Assembly: GCF_009914755.1 (NCBI RefSeq)
Contig: NC_060926.1
DNA: 64,000 nt
Origin: the human T2T-CHM13v2.0 reference genome, Homo sapiens
Direction: 5' to 3' (one strand)
The notes under the pieces were generated by a model. That model saw only the letters and a list, made by a program, of their open reading frames with translations. It was not told the origin of the DNA and searched no databases. Shown piece by piece: positions 27,935 through 41,475 of the stretch. How positions within the stretch are numbered: position 1 is the first letter of the stretch; each line of letters opens with the position of its first letter. The translations under genes were made by a program, and so were the position numbers.

Positions 27935-30900
27935 TATTTATTTTGGTACATGAATAAATTCTTTAGTGGTGATTTCTGAGATTTTGGTGCACCCATCACC
28001 CGAGCAGTGTACACTGTACCCAGTGCATAGTGTTTTATCCTTTCCCCCACTCCCACCATTTCCATGAGTCCCCAAAGTCCATTGTATCATTCTTATGCCT
28101 TTGCATCCTCATAGCTTAGCTCCCACTTGTGAGTAAGAACATAAGAACATAAGATGTTTGATTTTCCATTCCTAAGTTATTTCATTTAGAATAATTGTTT
28201 CCAATTCCATCCAGATTACTGTGAATGCCATTATTTCTTTTTTTAATGTCTGACTAGTATTCCATGGTGTATATATATACCATTTTCTTTCTCCACTCAT
28301 TGACTGACAGACATTTGGGCTGGTTCCATATTTTTGCAATTGTGAATTGTGCTGCTATATACGTGCATTTGTGAATATCATTTTCATATAACAACTTCTT
28401 TTCCTCTGGGTAGATACCCAGGAGTGGGATTGCTGGATCAAATGGTAGACCTACTTTTAGTTCTTTACGGAATCTCTACACTGTTCTCCATAGTGGCTGT
28501 ACTAGTTTATGTTCCCACCAACAGTGTAAAAGTCTTCCCTTTTTACCATATCCGTCCCAACATCTATCATTTTTTGATTATGGCAATTTTTGCAGGAGGG
28601 AGGAGATATCACATTGTGGTTTTGATTTGCATTTCCCCTATCATTAGTGATACTGAGCAGTTTTTCATGTTTGTTGGTTTGTTGGCCATTTGTATATCTT
28701 CTTTTGAGAATTGTCTATTCATGTCTTTAGTCCCCTTTTTGATGGGATTGTGTTTTTATCTTGCTGATTGGTTTGAGTTCCTTGTAGATTCTAGATATTA
28801 GTCCTTTGTCAGAAGTATATATTGCTAAGATTTTCTCCCCCTCTGTGGGTTGTCTATTTGCTGATTATTTGTTTTGTTGTTGTTGTGTGAAGCTTTTTAG
28901 TTTAATTAAGTTCCAACTATTTATCTTTGGTTTTGTTACATTTGCTTTTGGGTTCCTGGTCATGAAGTCTTTGCCTAAGCCAATCTCTAGAAGAGTTTTT
29001 CCAATGTCACCTTCTAGAATTTTTATGGTTTCACTTCTTAGATTAAAGTCTTTGATCCATCTTGAGTTGATTTTTGTATAAGGTGAGAGATGAGGATCCA
29101 GTTTCATTCTTCAACATTGGCTTGTCAAGTATCCCAGCACCATTTGTTGAATAGGGTGTCCTTTCCCCACTTTAAGTTTTTGTATGCTTTGTCAAAGATT
29201 AGTTGGCTATAAGTATTTGGCTTTATTTCTGGGTTATCTATTCTGTTCATTTGTCTATATGCTATTTTTATACCAGTACCATGGTTTTGGGTGAATATGT
29301 CCTTATAGTGTAGTTTGAAGTCAGGTAACGTGATGTCTCCAGATTTGATCTTTCTGCTTAGTCTTGCTTTGGCTATGTGGGCTCTTTTTTGATTCCATAT
29401 GAATTTTAGAATTTTTTTTCCAGTTCTGTAAAGAATGATGGTGATATTTTGATGGGAATTGCAATGAATTTATAGATTGCTTTTGGGAGTATGGTCATTT
29501 TCACAATATTGATTCAACATGGGTTGAGTTTCCATTTGTTTGTGTTGTCTATGATTTCTTTCAGCAGGGCTTTGTAGTTTTCCCGGTAGAGGTCTTTCAT
29601 CTCCTTGGTTAGGTATATTCCCAAGTATTTTATTTTTTGTTTTTGCAGCTACTGTTAAACGGATTGAGTTCTTGATTTGATTCTCAGCTTGGTTGCTGTT
29701 AGTGTATGCAGAGCTACTGATTTCTGTACATTAATTTTCTATCCTGAAACTTTGCTGAATTCATTTACCAGTTCTAGGAGCTTTTTGGATGAATCTTTAG
29801 GGTTTTCTATGATTATGTCATCAGCAAATTGTGACAGTTTGACTTCCTCTTTACGGATTTGGATGCCCTTTATTTCCTTCTCTGATCTGACTGCTCTGGA
29901 TAGGGCTTCCAGCACTATGTTGAATAGAAGTGGTAAAAGTGGGCATCCTTATCTTGTTCCACTTCTCAGGGGGAATGCTTTCAACTTTTCCCCATTCAGT
30001 ATAATGTTGGCTGTGAGTGTGTCATAGATGGCTTTTATTACCTTAAGGTATGTCCCTTCAGTGCCGATTTTGCTGGGGGTTTTAACCATAAAGAATGCTG
30101 GATTTTGTCAAATACTTGTTTTTCATCTATTGAGATGATCATGTGGTTTTTGTTTTTAATTCTGTTTATGTGGTGTATCACATTCATTGACTTGCGTATG
30201 CTAAACCATCCCTGCATCTCCGGCATGAAACCCACTTGATTATTGTGGCTTATCTTTTATTATTATTATTATTATACTTTAAGTTCTAGGGTACATGTGC
30301 ACAATGTGCAGGTTTGCTACAAATGTATACATGACATGTGCCATGTTGGTATGCATTGTTCTGAGCAAACTATCGCATGGCTTATCTTTTTGATATGCTG
30401 TTGGATTTAGTTAGCTAGTATTTTGTTGAGGATTTTTGCATCTATGTTCATAAGAAATATTGGTGTGTAGTTTTCTTTTTTTATTATGTCCTGTCTTGGT
30501 TTTGATATTAGGGTGATACTGGCTTCACAGAATGATTTAGAGAAGATTCCCTCTTTCTCTATCATTTAGAATAGTGTCAATAGAATTGGTACCAATTCTT
30601 CTTGGAATGTCTGATATAATTCAGCTGTGAATCTGTCTGGTCCTGGACTTTTTTTTTGTTCTTGTTGGCAATTTTTAATTACCATTTCATTCTGACACTC
30701 AAGGGCTGCTGTTCAGGTTCCTTTGTCCCTTGGGGTGCTCCCTTGATTTGGTGCTCTCCCCATTCCCCAAGACATGATGGGGCTTCCTGAGAGCCAGACT
30801 GCAGTGATTGTTATTTCTCTTCTGGATCTAGCCACCCAGGGAAGCTACTGGGCTCTAGGCTGGTACTGGGGAGTGTCTACAAAGAGTCCTGTGATGTGAT

Positions 30901-31715
30901 CTGTCTTCAGGTCTCTCAGCCATGAATACTAGCACCTGCTCTGGTGGAGGTAGCAGAGGAGTATAGTGGACTCTATGAGGGTCCCTGGTTGTACTGTTAA
31001 GTATGCTGGTTTTGTGTTGTTTGGCTTCCAGCCAGGAGACGGCACTTTTAAGAGTACAACTTTTAAGAGCTACAGTAGTATAGGGAGGATACAAGCTTGC
31101 CCTAGGATCAAGCTGTGGGTGGGGTCATAGAGCTCCCAAGAGATTATGTCCTTTGTCTTCAGCTACCAGGGCAGGTAGAGAAAGACCCTCAGGTGGGGGC
31201 AGGGTTCAGCATGTCTGAGCCCAGGCTCTCCCTGGGCAGGGCTTGCTGTGGCTGCTGTAGGGGATGGGGATGTGGTTCCCAGGCCAATGGAGTTATGTTC
31301 CCAGGGGAATGATGGCTGTCTCTGCTATATCACACATGTCACTAGGGAAGTGGGGGAAAGCTGGCAGCCACAGGCCTCACCAAGCTGCCACACAGCCCGC
31401 AGCCCAAAAGGCCAGTCTCACTTCTACCATGCTCCCCCAGCAGCACCGAGTTTATTTGCAGGCAGCCAGTGAGCAGGGCTGAGAACTTGCCCCCAGCTAC
31501 CAGCCTCCCAGCTGAGAAAGCAAGCAGACTCACAGTTCCTTGGCTGTCCCATGTAGCCTGCATTGGCAGTCCACCTCCTTCAAAGGGTCTGTGGATTCTC
31601 TCAGCTTTCCTGGTATATTCCTGCAGTAGTTCTTGGAGCAAAATTTCACAATGTGAGTCTCCACACCCTGCTGTGTTCACAGCTCCAAGGGGGAGCTGCA
31701 AGTTAGTTGTGGCTC
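27935..31715 (-). mobile_element. L1PB element: 3'UTR and ORF2, large internal deletion near 30690, then 5'UTR
   Basis: L1PB 3' motif ttctttagtggtgatttctgagattttggtgcacccatcacccgagcag; ORF2p remnant 28865-29107 ([20 protein letters not shown]); GC-richer 5'UTR 30700-31715. Confidence 0.9.
30259..30377 (-). mobile_element. 119-bp L1PA insertion with 5' inversion, nested in L1PB
   Basis: TSD tggcttatctttt at 30246-30258 and 30378-30390; L1PA 3' end plus an inverted 24-bp L1 piece. Confidence 0.85.
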
Positions 31716-32079
31716 CTATAGGCCTTTTTCTTTGTCATTTTATTGCTTCTTTACTCATTGTATATTTGTTTTTTAAAAAGTTTCAATGATTTATTGATTC
31801 AGAAAGCTTTACGTGCCCAATTTTGTGGTCTGAAAATCTTCTCTTTTCACTTTATTCATTTCTCTATTGCTACTATTTACATTGAACACTGAATTGCTTG
31901 CTGACAAAGCAAAAACTGTATTTTTTCCTCCTAAAATCAATTTATTAATTTCTTTATCATCTTTAGAATCTATTATATGCAATGCATTTTTTACAAATAA
32001 TCCTGGTATGACTTTTGACTGTTACCTTCCTTTTTTCCTATTTTACAAATCTCAACTCAATCCCATTTCTGATCTGTAG

Positions 32080-32111
32080 CATCATTTATTTGCCACTAAT
32101 ATGGAAGAATT
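32080..32111 (+). CDS. candidate 32-nt exon
   Basis: cccatttctgatctgtag|...ATT|gtgagt; phase-compatible with neighbours. Confidence 0.25.
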
Positions 32112-33080
32112 GTGAGTCAAATAATATCCAAAATATTCTCTAATAGCAAGCTCAACCTTGTGTTCCCAGGATCCCAATTACATAAATTTAGAGCAGAGCT
32201 ATGACAGAGTTCAGGGATTAGCTTCAGAGTGTCCAAAAACATACCTGAAATTGTGTGCAAAATCTGAACTGTATGTTCATGTATGCATTTTACTGGGAAG
32301 AGAGCTCATAATTTGCATCACAAAGAAGGTATTACCAAAAATTATCAAGAACCACTACTTTAGGGCACAAGGTGGCATTGCAGAGCATTCATAATGAGGT
32401 GGAAAAAGCTGATTTTGAGTCAGAAGAGCTGATTTTACATTCCAAGTTGTCACCATTAACAAGACACATATGAGAAATATATAGGAATTACATATCCTAC
32501 TGAAAATTTTGAATATGCCATTCATTGATAATACTGGAAAACAGTGAAGTCCTATTACAGGAAATTAAAAACTAAATGCAGGCAAAATAATTAATTGCAA
32601 TTCAATTTAGGGTTTATCATTGATATAAATTAATTTCCACATAATATTCCTGTAAGAACTGACAAGGAAGACATTTTTAAAAGGGAAGTATTGTTTCCAA
32701 ATGGCAGAAATAGAAAGAAAAGGAAAATAAGATCTAGAAAGAAATGAATCACATAATATAGTTTGTGTTATAGATATTTGGATAAGTTATTGCCTCTAGG
32801 TTATAAATTCCTTGAAACGGAAAACTTTAACAAACATCTTTTACTACAATGCGTGACTAACAGTGATTGGATTTACCAGGTTCTCAAGAAATCAGTGGAC
32901 ATGCTGTATTTCCTATGTGATCTTCAAAATCAAATTAGGTGTTGTCTCCCTACATGAACAACTTCTCCTGCATATGAAAACAACTTCTGTTTAGGTAAAG
33001 ATAGAAAATGAGTTTTAGGTAGAGAAAACAAAAACAGTTGAAAACTTTGTAACAAATTACTTCAGGAGTATTATAAACAG

Positions 33081-33180
33081 GCATCAAACCAAAGGAAATA
33101 CCATCCCCTAAATTCAGTGGTGGAGTCTCTATGGATAACTTAAGCATGGAAGAAGCAATAGATTTGCTAAAGGAAAAAAG
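33081..33180 (+). CDS. candidate 100-nt exon (IKPKEIPSPKFSGGVSMDNLSMEEAIDLLKEK)
   Basis: aaacag|...AAG|gtatgc; open protein-like frame; weak polypyrimidine tract. Confidence 0.3.
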
Positions 33181-33377
33181 GTATGCCTAAGATAGTGATA
33201 AATCAAGATGAAAAACAAGTAAATGTAATATAAATACATTTACAAATATAAAATAAATACTCCTGTAAAATTGTATTTATTAGAGGATTAAGCTAATGTT
33301 TATGCACTTAATCTAACACTGTAGAAATCCACCCAAATAAGTTAGTTTGGCAGTAGACTTTTTTCCCTTGTCTCAAG

Positions 33378-33411
33378 TTACATGGATTCCAGTCAACTAT
33401 CTCACAAGCAG
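33378..33411 (+). CDS. candidate 34-nt exon (YMDSSQLSHKQ)
   Basis: ttttttcccttgtctcaag|...CAG|gtaggg; continues the frame of 33081-33180. Confidence 0.3.
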
Positions 33412-35406
33412 GTAGGGGTTTCAAGCACAGGCAAATGATTAAAATTATTTGAGGCTTGGTGGTGGGATTCGAAGGGGACTTTCTGAATGCCGTTCACACC
33501 ATTTGCTATAAGAATTTGTCTCTAAAAGGTATTTGATGCCCTCTACATATAGTACTGTGTTAGAGGCTGGTGATATAAACAGTTGCCAGCTGTGTCACAA
33601 AAATCAGCGTGACCCAGAGTTGGGAAGCAATGAGAACACAATTTACTACATAGGGTTAAGCAAGGATATTGACCTTGTGGCAGCCAGCACATATTGGGTG
33701 GTTGACTCAGGGACTGAGTCAGACTAAATTAGCTCTCAGTCTGAAGAGGAGTAAAACTGACAAAAAACATGGTAATGTTGCCAGAGTGTTCCAGCTCAGG
33801 CATGACAATTCAACTTAGCCTGGCTAAGATAGATAAATACCTGGTTGATCAAGTGGACTGCTTTGAAAAGTGAGAAAATCACAGCAGAGCAGACCAAGGA
33901 ATAAGAGCAGAAGGCAGCTGTTCAGTAACCAGGGCAAGAGAAGGTAGGTTTCTGTATTAAGGCTTGAGGTTAACTAACATTCCATGCAGTATTTTCGAAG
34001 AGGAATAATGATACCCAATAGAAGTCTCCTTTGTCTTAAAGGAACCACTTCACAAAGATGAGTGGGGCTTGTAGACAAATTTCTAACTGTCACGGCCCTT
34101 GCCATCATGAAACTAGTTTTAGAGACAAGATATACACATAAAAGTCCAAATAAAAAAATGTTACTGTGTTTGTACTGCATATAAGCTATTGTACTAAACC
34201 TTGTAGAGGATGCAAGGATGAGACTAACATAGTAGCAGTCCTTCAGGATTTTATAGTCTAATAAAAGGATAAATATGAAGACTAAGTTCGCAGTTTTAAA
34301 GGGTAAGTGGAAGGTGAGTGGAAGTAAGTGTGAGGTCAAGTCTAAAATGACAGAACTGTGAACTGCTAGGGAACTATGGTCGCACTTAAATCACACTGGC
34401 AAACAGTACTTCAATACAGGGTTAATCATCTCAAGCAAGTATTTCCTTCTGGGAATTAAAATTCCTGCCAATAACAGATGAAGATCTAAAAAGATCACCC
34501 ATTTAGTTAAGTGGTAGGAAAACCAGTGTTGTTGACATGTCACTTTAGCCACACCTGCACCCTGCGCCCCACAAAAAAAGACACCTAGGTACAAAGTGTG
34601 AGTGTACTTGTGTATGTGTGCGCATATTCCTAAAAACCGACAGTTTTTCTTAAATACCTCCATGCCTAGTCTTATTATTCAAAAGAGGTTTTTGAACCTC
34701 TAATTTTAAAAAGAATATGTCATTTGTTATATATTTGCTTCCAATTACTTTTATTTCTTCTTTCTGGAGTGGAAAAAATTTAACTTCAATATTCACAGAT
34801 TAGTATTATTCCTTACTATTCTTCTCTTTCACCAAAATTCTTAAATAAGTAGCATATAAAAAATGCCAAGTAAACTCAAATAGACCATTTACACATTTAA
34901 AAACTGTGCATAAATAAATTATAAATTCTAAACACAAATTGTACTTTCCCACTTGTTTAGACTGCACTAGTTAACATATACTACCAAACAGAGTGACAAC
35001 TTGGTAAATGTGGTATTTTTAAAATCTCCAATTAACTTATTCTGAAGTATGTCCTAAAGGAATTGATTTCACCATAGAATCTTAAGAGACTTTGAGTTCA
35101 GTTGTTCAAAAAAGAAAATACTTTATGATGAATCAGAAATGATGAGTGTGGTAATAAAGAATTATGAAAATTGGAAAGAAAGCAAAATTATTTTAGAATA
35201 CTTAATTATATGCCTAAAATATTCAAACAAATCAACTGAAAATCTGTGGATTAAATAAAAAAGAAGAGGAGTTACAAACCGTGCCAACCACAGTGACTGA
35301 GAAGTTCAAGAATTGTCAAGTGAGCCCGTGTGGCTCTCAGTGGAGGACAAACACCATGCTCATGAGTCTTCGTATGGTCAGTTCATCAACCCCTTGCATG
35401 GTCAGC

Positions 35407-35875
35407 ATCTTAGTACATTTTTCACTGGTATAACAAAATATTAGATTGGTGCAAAAGCAATTGTGGTCTTGGCATTACTTTCAATGGCAAAAACTGCAAT
35501 TGCCTTTGCACCAACCTAATACCTATGACTGGGTAATTTATAAAAGACAGAAGCTTATTCTCATAGTTTTGGAGGTTATGAAGTTCAAGATCAAGGCTCT
35601 GGCAGGTTTGGTTGTCTGGTAAGGGCTGCTTTCTGCTTCCAAGATGGTGCCTCTTTGTTGCATTCTCTGGAGGGAAGAAATGCTGCATCCTCACATGGCA
35701 GAAGGTGGAAAGGGCAAGCTAATGGTGAAGCCTCTTTTATAATGGCCTTAATCCCATTTATGAGGATGAGGAGCCCTCATAACCTAATCACCTCTTAAAG
35801 TTTTCACCTCTTTATACCATCACTTTGGCCATTAAGTTTCAACATTTGAATTTTGAAGGGGGTATATTCAGTCAG
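35407..35875 (-). mobile_element. MaLR LTR (MST/MLT1A-type), interrupted by MADE1
   Basis: gactgggtaatttataaaagacagaag...gaagttcaagatcaaggc...ctaatcacctcttaaag. Confidence 0.8.
35441..35519. mobile_element. MADE1 (Hsmar1-derived MITE)
   Basis: about 80-bp palindrome ttagattggtgcaaaag...ctttgcaccaacctaa flanked by TA duplication. Confidence 0.9.
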
Positions 35876-36034
35876 GTTGACTATTTTAGTTTTTAAATTC
35901 TTTATTCTTGGCCATATATTATTTATTTTATATCCAGGATGAACTGTTGATCAAAAACAGGAGGCATGGATGTTAAAAGATAACCACTTTAGGATAACTG
36001 TAGAAAAGTTGACATTTTCACAAATTTACTCAAG

Positions 36035-37460
36035 AGAATTCATTCATTTATTCAAGAAATATACAATAAATGATTATGCTATATCAGGTGCTATGCTAAG
36101 TATTTGGTCTAAAATGAACAAAACAGACAGGATTCCTAATCTCATGGATTTTAGAATCTAGTTGGTGAGATAATAACTCAATATACAAATAAACATATAA
36201 TTATAAACTCTGTGATCCCTATGAGGAAAATGATTGAGAGAAAATAAGAGCAAAATTTAAATTAGGATTCATCTCTGGAAAAATAAATATTTAACATGAG
36301 ATCAGAGTGATTAAAAATTATGAAGCATTCCAGGAAGAGAAATGAAAAATAGTTTGGTGCCATTGGGAAACAAAATAATGTCATTGTGTCTAGAACTTGG
36401 CATCCAGAGGAAACTTGCATTTAGAGAGGTGGGCAGTGACAGACCATTGCTGTACCTAGTAAGAAATTAGACTTTTATTCTACTTGCAGTTGGAACTACT
36501 GAACAGTGGAATAAAATGGTTTACACTTTCAATGATTGTTATGACTTCTATGTGGAAATGCTAATAAGGTGACAAAGATGGAAGAAGGAACAGCAGGAGG
36601 CTATGGCTGTAATCCAGGAAAAAATTTACCTTGGCAAATGCTGTAAGCAAATCTACAAACGGACTTGGACTATGGTGGGGGCAGTGGTAATGGAGAGAAT
36701 TGGATGTGATTGAGAAAGTTTTGGCAGTGAACTGGATAAGATTAAGATTTGTTCATAAATTGGATATGCAGAATGAGAGCAATAAAAAGGTAATGTTTGG
36801 GTTTTTTTTTGTTGGTAGGTCTAACACTTGGAATAACCTTTGGCACAAAATAGATACTCCATAAATATTTTTTGAATGAATGAGTGAAATTCTTGTCCTA
36901 TATAACTAAATTAATGCAGGTATCATTCACTAAGGTGAGGAAAACTGGAGGCATTACATTTTGACAGACATTCAGTTTGATATGCCTGTTAGAACTCAGA
37001 GTAGACCATTAGAAATAAATCTGGAGCTCAGAAAAGAGGCCAGAATCCAAAATATGAATTCATGAGTTACCAACATAGAGATGGTATCTAAAGCCATTGA
37101 GCACATAGAATGAGAAGAAAAGAGGACTCCTGGCTGAGCCATGAGAAGACATAATACTTTAGGTATAGGTAAAAAAAAAAAAAGAGGAATTAATAAAGAA
37201 GACTGATAAGGAGTACCCAAGGAGGAAGTTGACATCTGAGACAGTGTGACATCAAGGACACAAACATAATAGAGTGCTTATAAAGACAGTCAATAGTGAA
37301 AAATTTTAAATCCATTAGATTCATAACACTGAGATCATTGGTGACCTTTGGCAGAGCAGGGTTTATAGAATAACAGAGGCTGATAATAAAATGGACATGG
37401 GCTGAATAGTGAAGGAAGGGTGAGGAAGTGAAAATTATATATGTGGATAACACAATTATA
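36035..37460 (-). mobile_element. L2 LINE fragments
   Basis: attcattcatttattcaa 3' tail; gatcattggtgacctttggcagagcag motif. Confidence 0.65.
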
Positions 37461-37545
37461 AGTTGAAGTTATCTGATTGAAATTCTTACCTTGCCTATAT
37501 AAATGTTTTTAAAACTCTAGAAATTAAATGTTAATAAGACACAAT

Positions 37546-37885
<340 letters not shown>

Positions 37886-38906
37886 TCATCTATTGGGAAG
37901 AAAGGTTATTCACATCTAAAAACCATTCTTATTTCATTATTTAAGCACAAAGTTCAGAAAAACATTAAAATATATTTATGTTCTAAAAAAGAAAAAGGTT
38001 TTTAAAAATCAAATCATGAATGCAATTTTTTCTATTTTTGATGCTGTATCATGTTGACAGCGATAAAATCCTTAGGAGATGGAGGAACACACATAGAATG
38101 ACTGTGTGGAGCAATGGCACCCACCTGGCTGCTTGGGAGGGCTTGTCTTACTTAGATCATCACATACTAAGAAGTAAACTTACTGAATATTTGAGATTTT
38201 GCTACAGTAGCTTAAACTACTGCAACTAACATACTGAGGTAAAAATAAAATATTTCTCATTTAAAACCATTTGCTTATAATTAAAATAGAAAAATAATGA
38301 AAGTATTTCAAAATTCTACATGGAGTTTACAAAATTTATATTATCATGAAATACTTCAATAGAGGGTTGGGAAATCTAACTCTGGAGGAAATGCCACAAA
38401 TTTCCACTGCTGGGGTTTTTGAAGATGCTCTGGTTCCTATCTTTTCTTCTAGCTCTCCTTTCCCTCAATTGTATCCCCTATTTTTTTCTCATAAGCTAGC
38501 TCAAGTTGGTTACTTATAACCCCCCTCCAAGAAATTAAACCAATGCTTCTTGTTTCTAAAAGTAGTCAAAAAAAAAAAAAAAAAAAAAAAACAGAACATG
38601 GAAAGCCAGCATTTTTTAACTAGTCTCTGGAAAACAAAAAGAAGCCTAACATACCAAGTAAAGTGACAGCATTTGAGTTATTTTAAAATTTTTCATACAT
38701 GACCATACCAAATGAATAGCATGAGAAATTGACCAGGGACTGAGGTGACACAGAGAATGAACTGGTTTGGTAAAGATGGTAAATTCATATTCCACTTCCT
38801 TCAATAGAGTTAACTTGCATGCTAACTTTTTGTTACATACCACCACTAGTTTAAATTTTAATTGAAATGGAAAGAAACATTTAAAATCTGAACTGTCTCC
38901 TCTTAC

Positions 38907-38944
38907 TCTTATTTTGTGGCATTTTGGTCAAAATAAAGGCACAT
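38907..38944 (-). other. candidate 38-nt exon
   Basis: minus strand tctattttgtccattcttatttatag|...AGA|gtaaga. Confidence 0.3.
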
Positions 38945-39849
38945 CTATAAATAAGAATGGACAAAATAGAATAACATTTTTGTGTGAGTTCCTTTGATGA
39001 TACCAAAAAAGGGAGGTTACGAGTAACTGAATCAAAGAGTGTTTCTTGTGTAGTTTTAGAACAGAATAAAAATTGATGAAGTGGCTGAAAAATTAACCAC
39101 TGTATTATATTCTGCCTGAATGCAAGCACGCTCTCTCTCTCTCTCTTCTATACTCTTTCAATGCTATGCTCAAAAAAGATTATGAACAGTCCAACCTTCC
39201 TGTCACTTTAATTCAAAAGATTAGGTTGCTGGAACATAGAAGGCAAGAGTGGTACTTTGTCAAGATCAGACCAAACTTGGAATATGTTGCGCAGTTCTGG
39301 AAAACAAAATTTTGGCAGATATTGACAAAATACACATGGATGAAGAAGGGCTATGTTATATAATTGATCCAACAGGTATCATTTAGCCTAGAAATGGCAT
39401 TAAAAACTACCCTCAAACCTTTGAGAGGCCATCACATGAAGGTTGCCCATCTTCTGCCCATAGCCAAGTGTCCAGGGTGGTGAAGCTAGAGTATACTATT
39501 AGGGCCCTTGGATCCTAGAAACAGTCACCTTCAGATTGCAGCATTTGGAGCTAATAGGAACAAAAACTTATCAAAGCTTGGACTAATGCTGCTAGGTCAC
39601 ACAAACAATTTATTAAACTGAAGAGGCTAAGCCAAAACATGAATAAGAATAAACAGAAATGTCAGATATCAAATAAAGTCAAAGATTAAAGATAAGACTG
39701 TAGTAGAATCCTGGCTTAAAATAAGTTCATTATGTAGAACCAACTATCACTTTGCTGAAATTTCATTTTTTTTTTTGCTTCCAGAAAGAGGAGGTAAAGG
39801 AACTCCCCAGAGCCTTAAGGGAATGCTTGAGCTCTGATGGAAGTAATTT

Positions 39850-40500
39850 AACACTTTTTATAAGTTACTAAGTACCAGGCACTTTACATGTATTACCCCA
39901 TTTAACCCTTACCACCGTTTTAAATTTGCACATACTGTTCTGATTGTTGTTCTCGTTTTACAGATACATTATACTGCCCCACTACACAGCATTAAATGAT
40001 TACATACGACACCTGTGAGATGAACTTCTTCAGAGCATTACAGCAGAAGGCAAATTTTGGATAAATGTAACTCTTTGCAAACTTTTCTGAAAATAGGAGA
40101 TGCTGCCTCAGGCTGAAGGGAGGTTTCTGTCATTTAGAAGGTTCAAGAATATCTGAGAGACATACAGAGTAGTTATGCATTAGGTTAGGTGAGAAAATTC
40201 CTAAGCTCCCTTCCACTTTTAAGATTCTAATTCTATATTTAGAGTACAAGGAGTAAAGTGAAGTATTTAAGAGCAAGGAAATTAGGTCAAGGTAACCTGG
40301 ATTTAAATCATATGTAATCCATCCAATACCAACTGTTTGATTTTGATCAAGTTGCATAACTTTTCCAGGCACCAGTGTCCTTTTATTTTTCCATGAAGAG
40401 AATGGTATCAACCTCGCCAGTTTGTCTATAAGATTATGAGAGACAATGTAGATAGTGTGCTAAGTACCGTGCCTGACAAACAGGGAGCATCAATAATTGA
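39850..40500. mobile_element. two MIR fragments in opposite orientations (about 39850-40010 -, 40260-40500 +)
   Basis: gtaccaggcactttacatgtattaccccatttaaccc; cctggatttaaatc...aagattatgagagacaatgta. Confidence 0.6.
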
Positions 40501-41092
40501 TAGCTGGTGTTAATGCGGTTCCATGGATTGCATATTGCTTAAACTTTGTCCACAAACAAGCAATTTTGACATTTTAGTGACTTCAGAGTTTCTATTTCAA
40601 GATGAGTTGAACTTGACAAAAGATTGGCGCAATGAAGGGGAGAGAGAAGAAGGAGAAACAATACAGAAGACAAGAGCCCTATAAGAACATTTTTCTTTTT
40701 TTTGTTTTTAACTTTTATTTTAGGTCCGGGGGTAGCTGTGTAGGTTTCTTAGATGGGTAAATTGTGTGTCGCTGAGATTTAATGTATTAATTATCCAATC
40801 ACCCAGGAAGTGAGCATAAGATATGGTAGTTTTTCAACCCTGGCTCCCCTCTGAGCCTCTCTTGTCTATGTCTATTAGCCCCTGGTGTCTATTGTTCCCA
40901 TCTCTGTGTCTGTGTGTACTTAATGTTTAGCCCCCACATATAAGTGAGAACATGCAGTATTTGGTTTTCTGTTCTTGCATTAATTCACTTAGGATAATGG
41001 CCTCCAGCTGCCATCCATGTTGCTGGAAAGGACATTATTTTGTTCTTTTTTATAGTTGTGTAATACTCCATGGAGTACATGAACCACATTTT

Positions 41093-41387
41093 CATTTTTG
41101 AGATAGGGTCTCACTTTGTCACCCAGGCTGGAATGCAGCAGTGTGATCTTGACTCACTGCAACCTCTGCCTCCTGGGCTCAAGCAATCCTCCCACTCTAA
41201 CTGCCCAAATAGCTGAGACTACCAGTGCACACCACCATGCCTGGCTAACTTTTGTGTTTTGCGGGGCAGAGATGGGGTTTCTCCATGTTCCCTGGGCTGG
41301 TCTCAAACTCCTGGGCTCATGTGATCCATCCACTGCCTTGGCCTTCCAAAGTGATGGGATTATACACATGAGCTACTATGCCTGGCC
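41093..41387 (-). mobile_element. AluJ nested in L1
   Basis: reverse Alu; TSD accacattttc. Confidence 0.9.
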
Positions 41388-41474
41388 TTGTACCACATTT
41401 TCTTTATCCAGTCCACCATTAGTGGGCATATAAGTCGATTCCATCTCTTTGCTATTTTGAATAGTACTGTGATG

Positions 41475-41475
<1 letters not shown>

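Noticed and set aside
26320-32360. Inverted similarity between about 26320-26480 and 32200-32360
   Set aside because: Two independent old hAT-type MER relics in opposite orientation, too diverged to be the termini of one composite element
38568-38590. Isolated A23 run suggesting a processed pseudogene tail
   Set aside because: No clear TSD, upstream AATAAA or ORF
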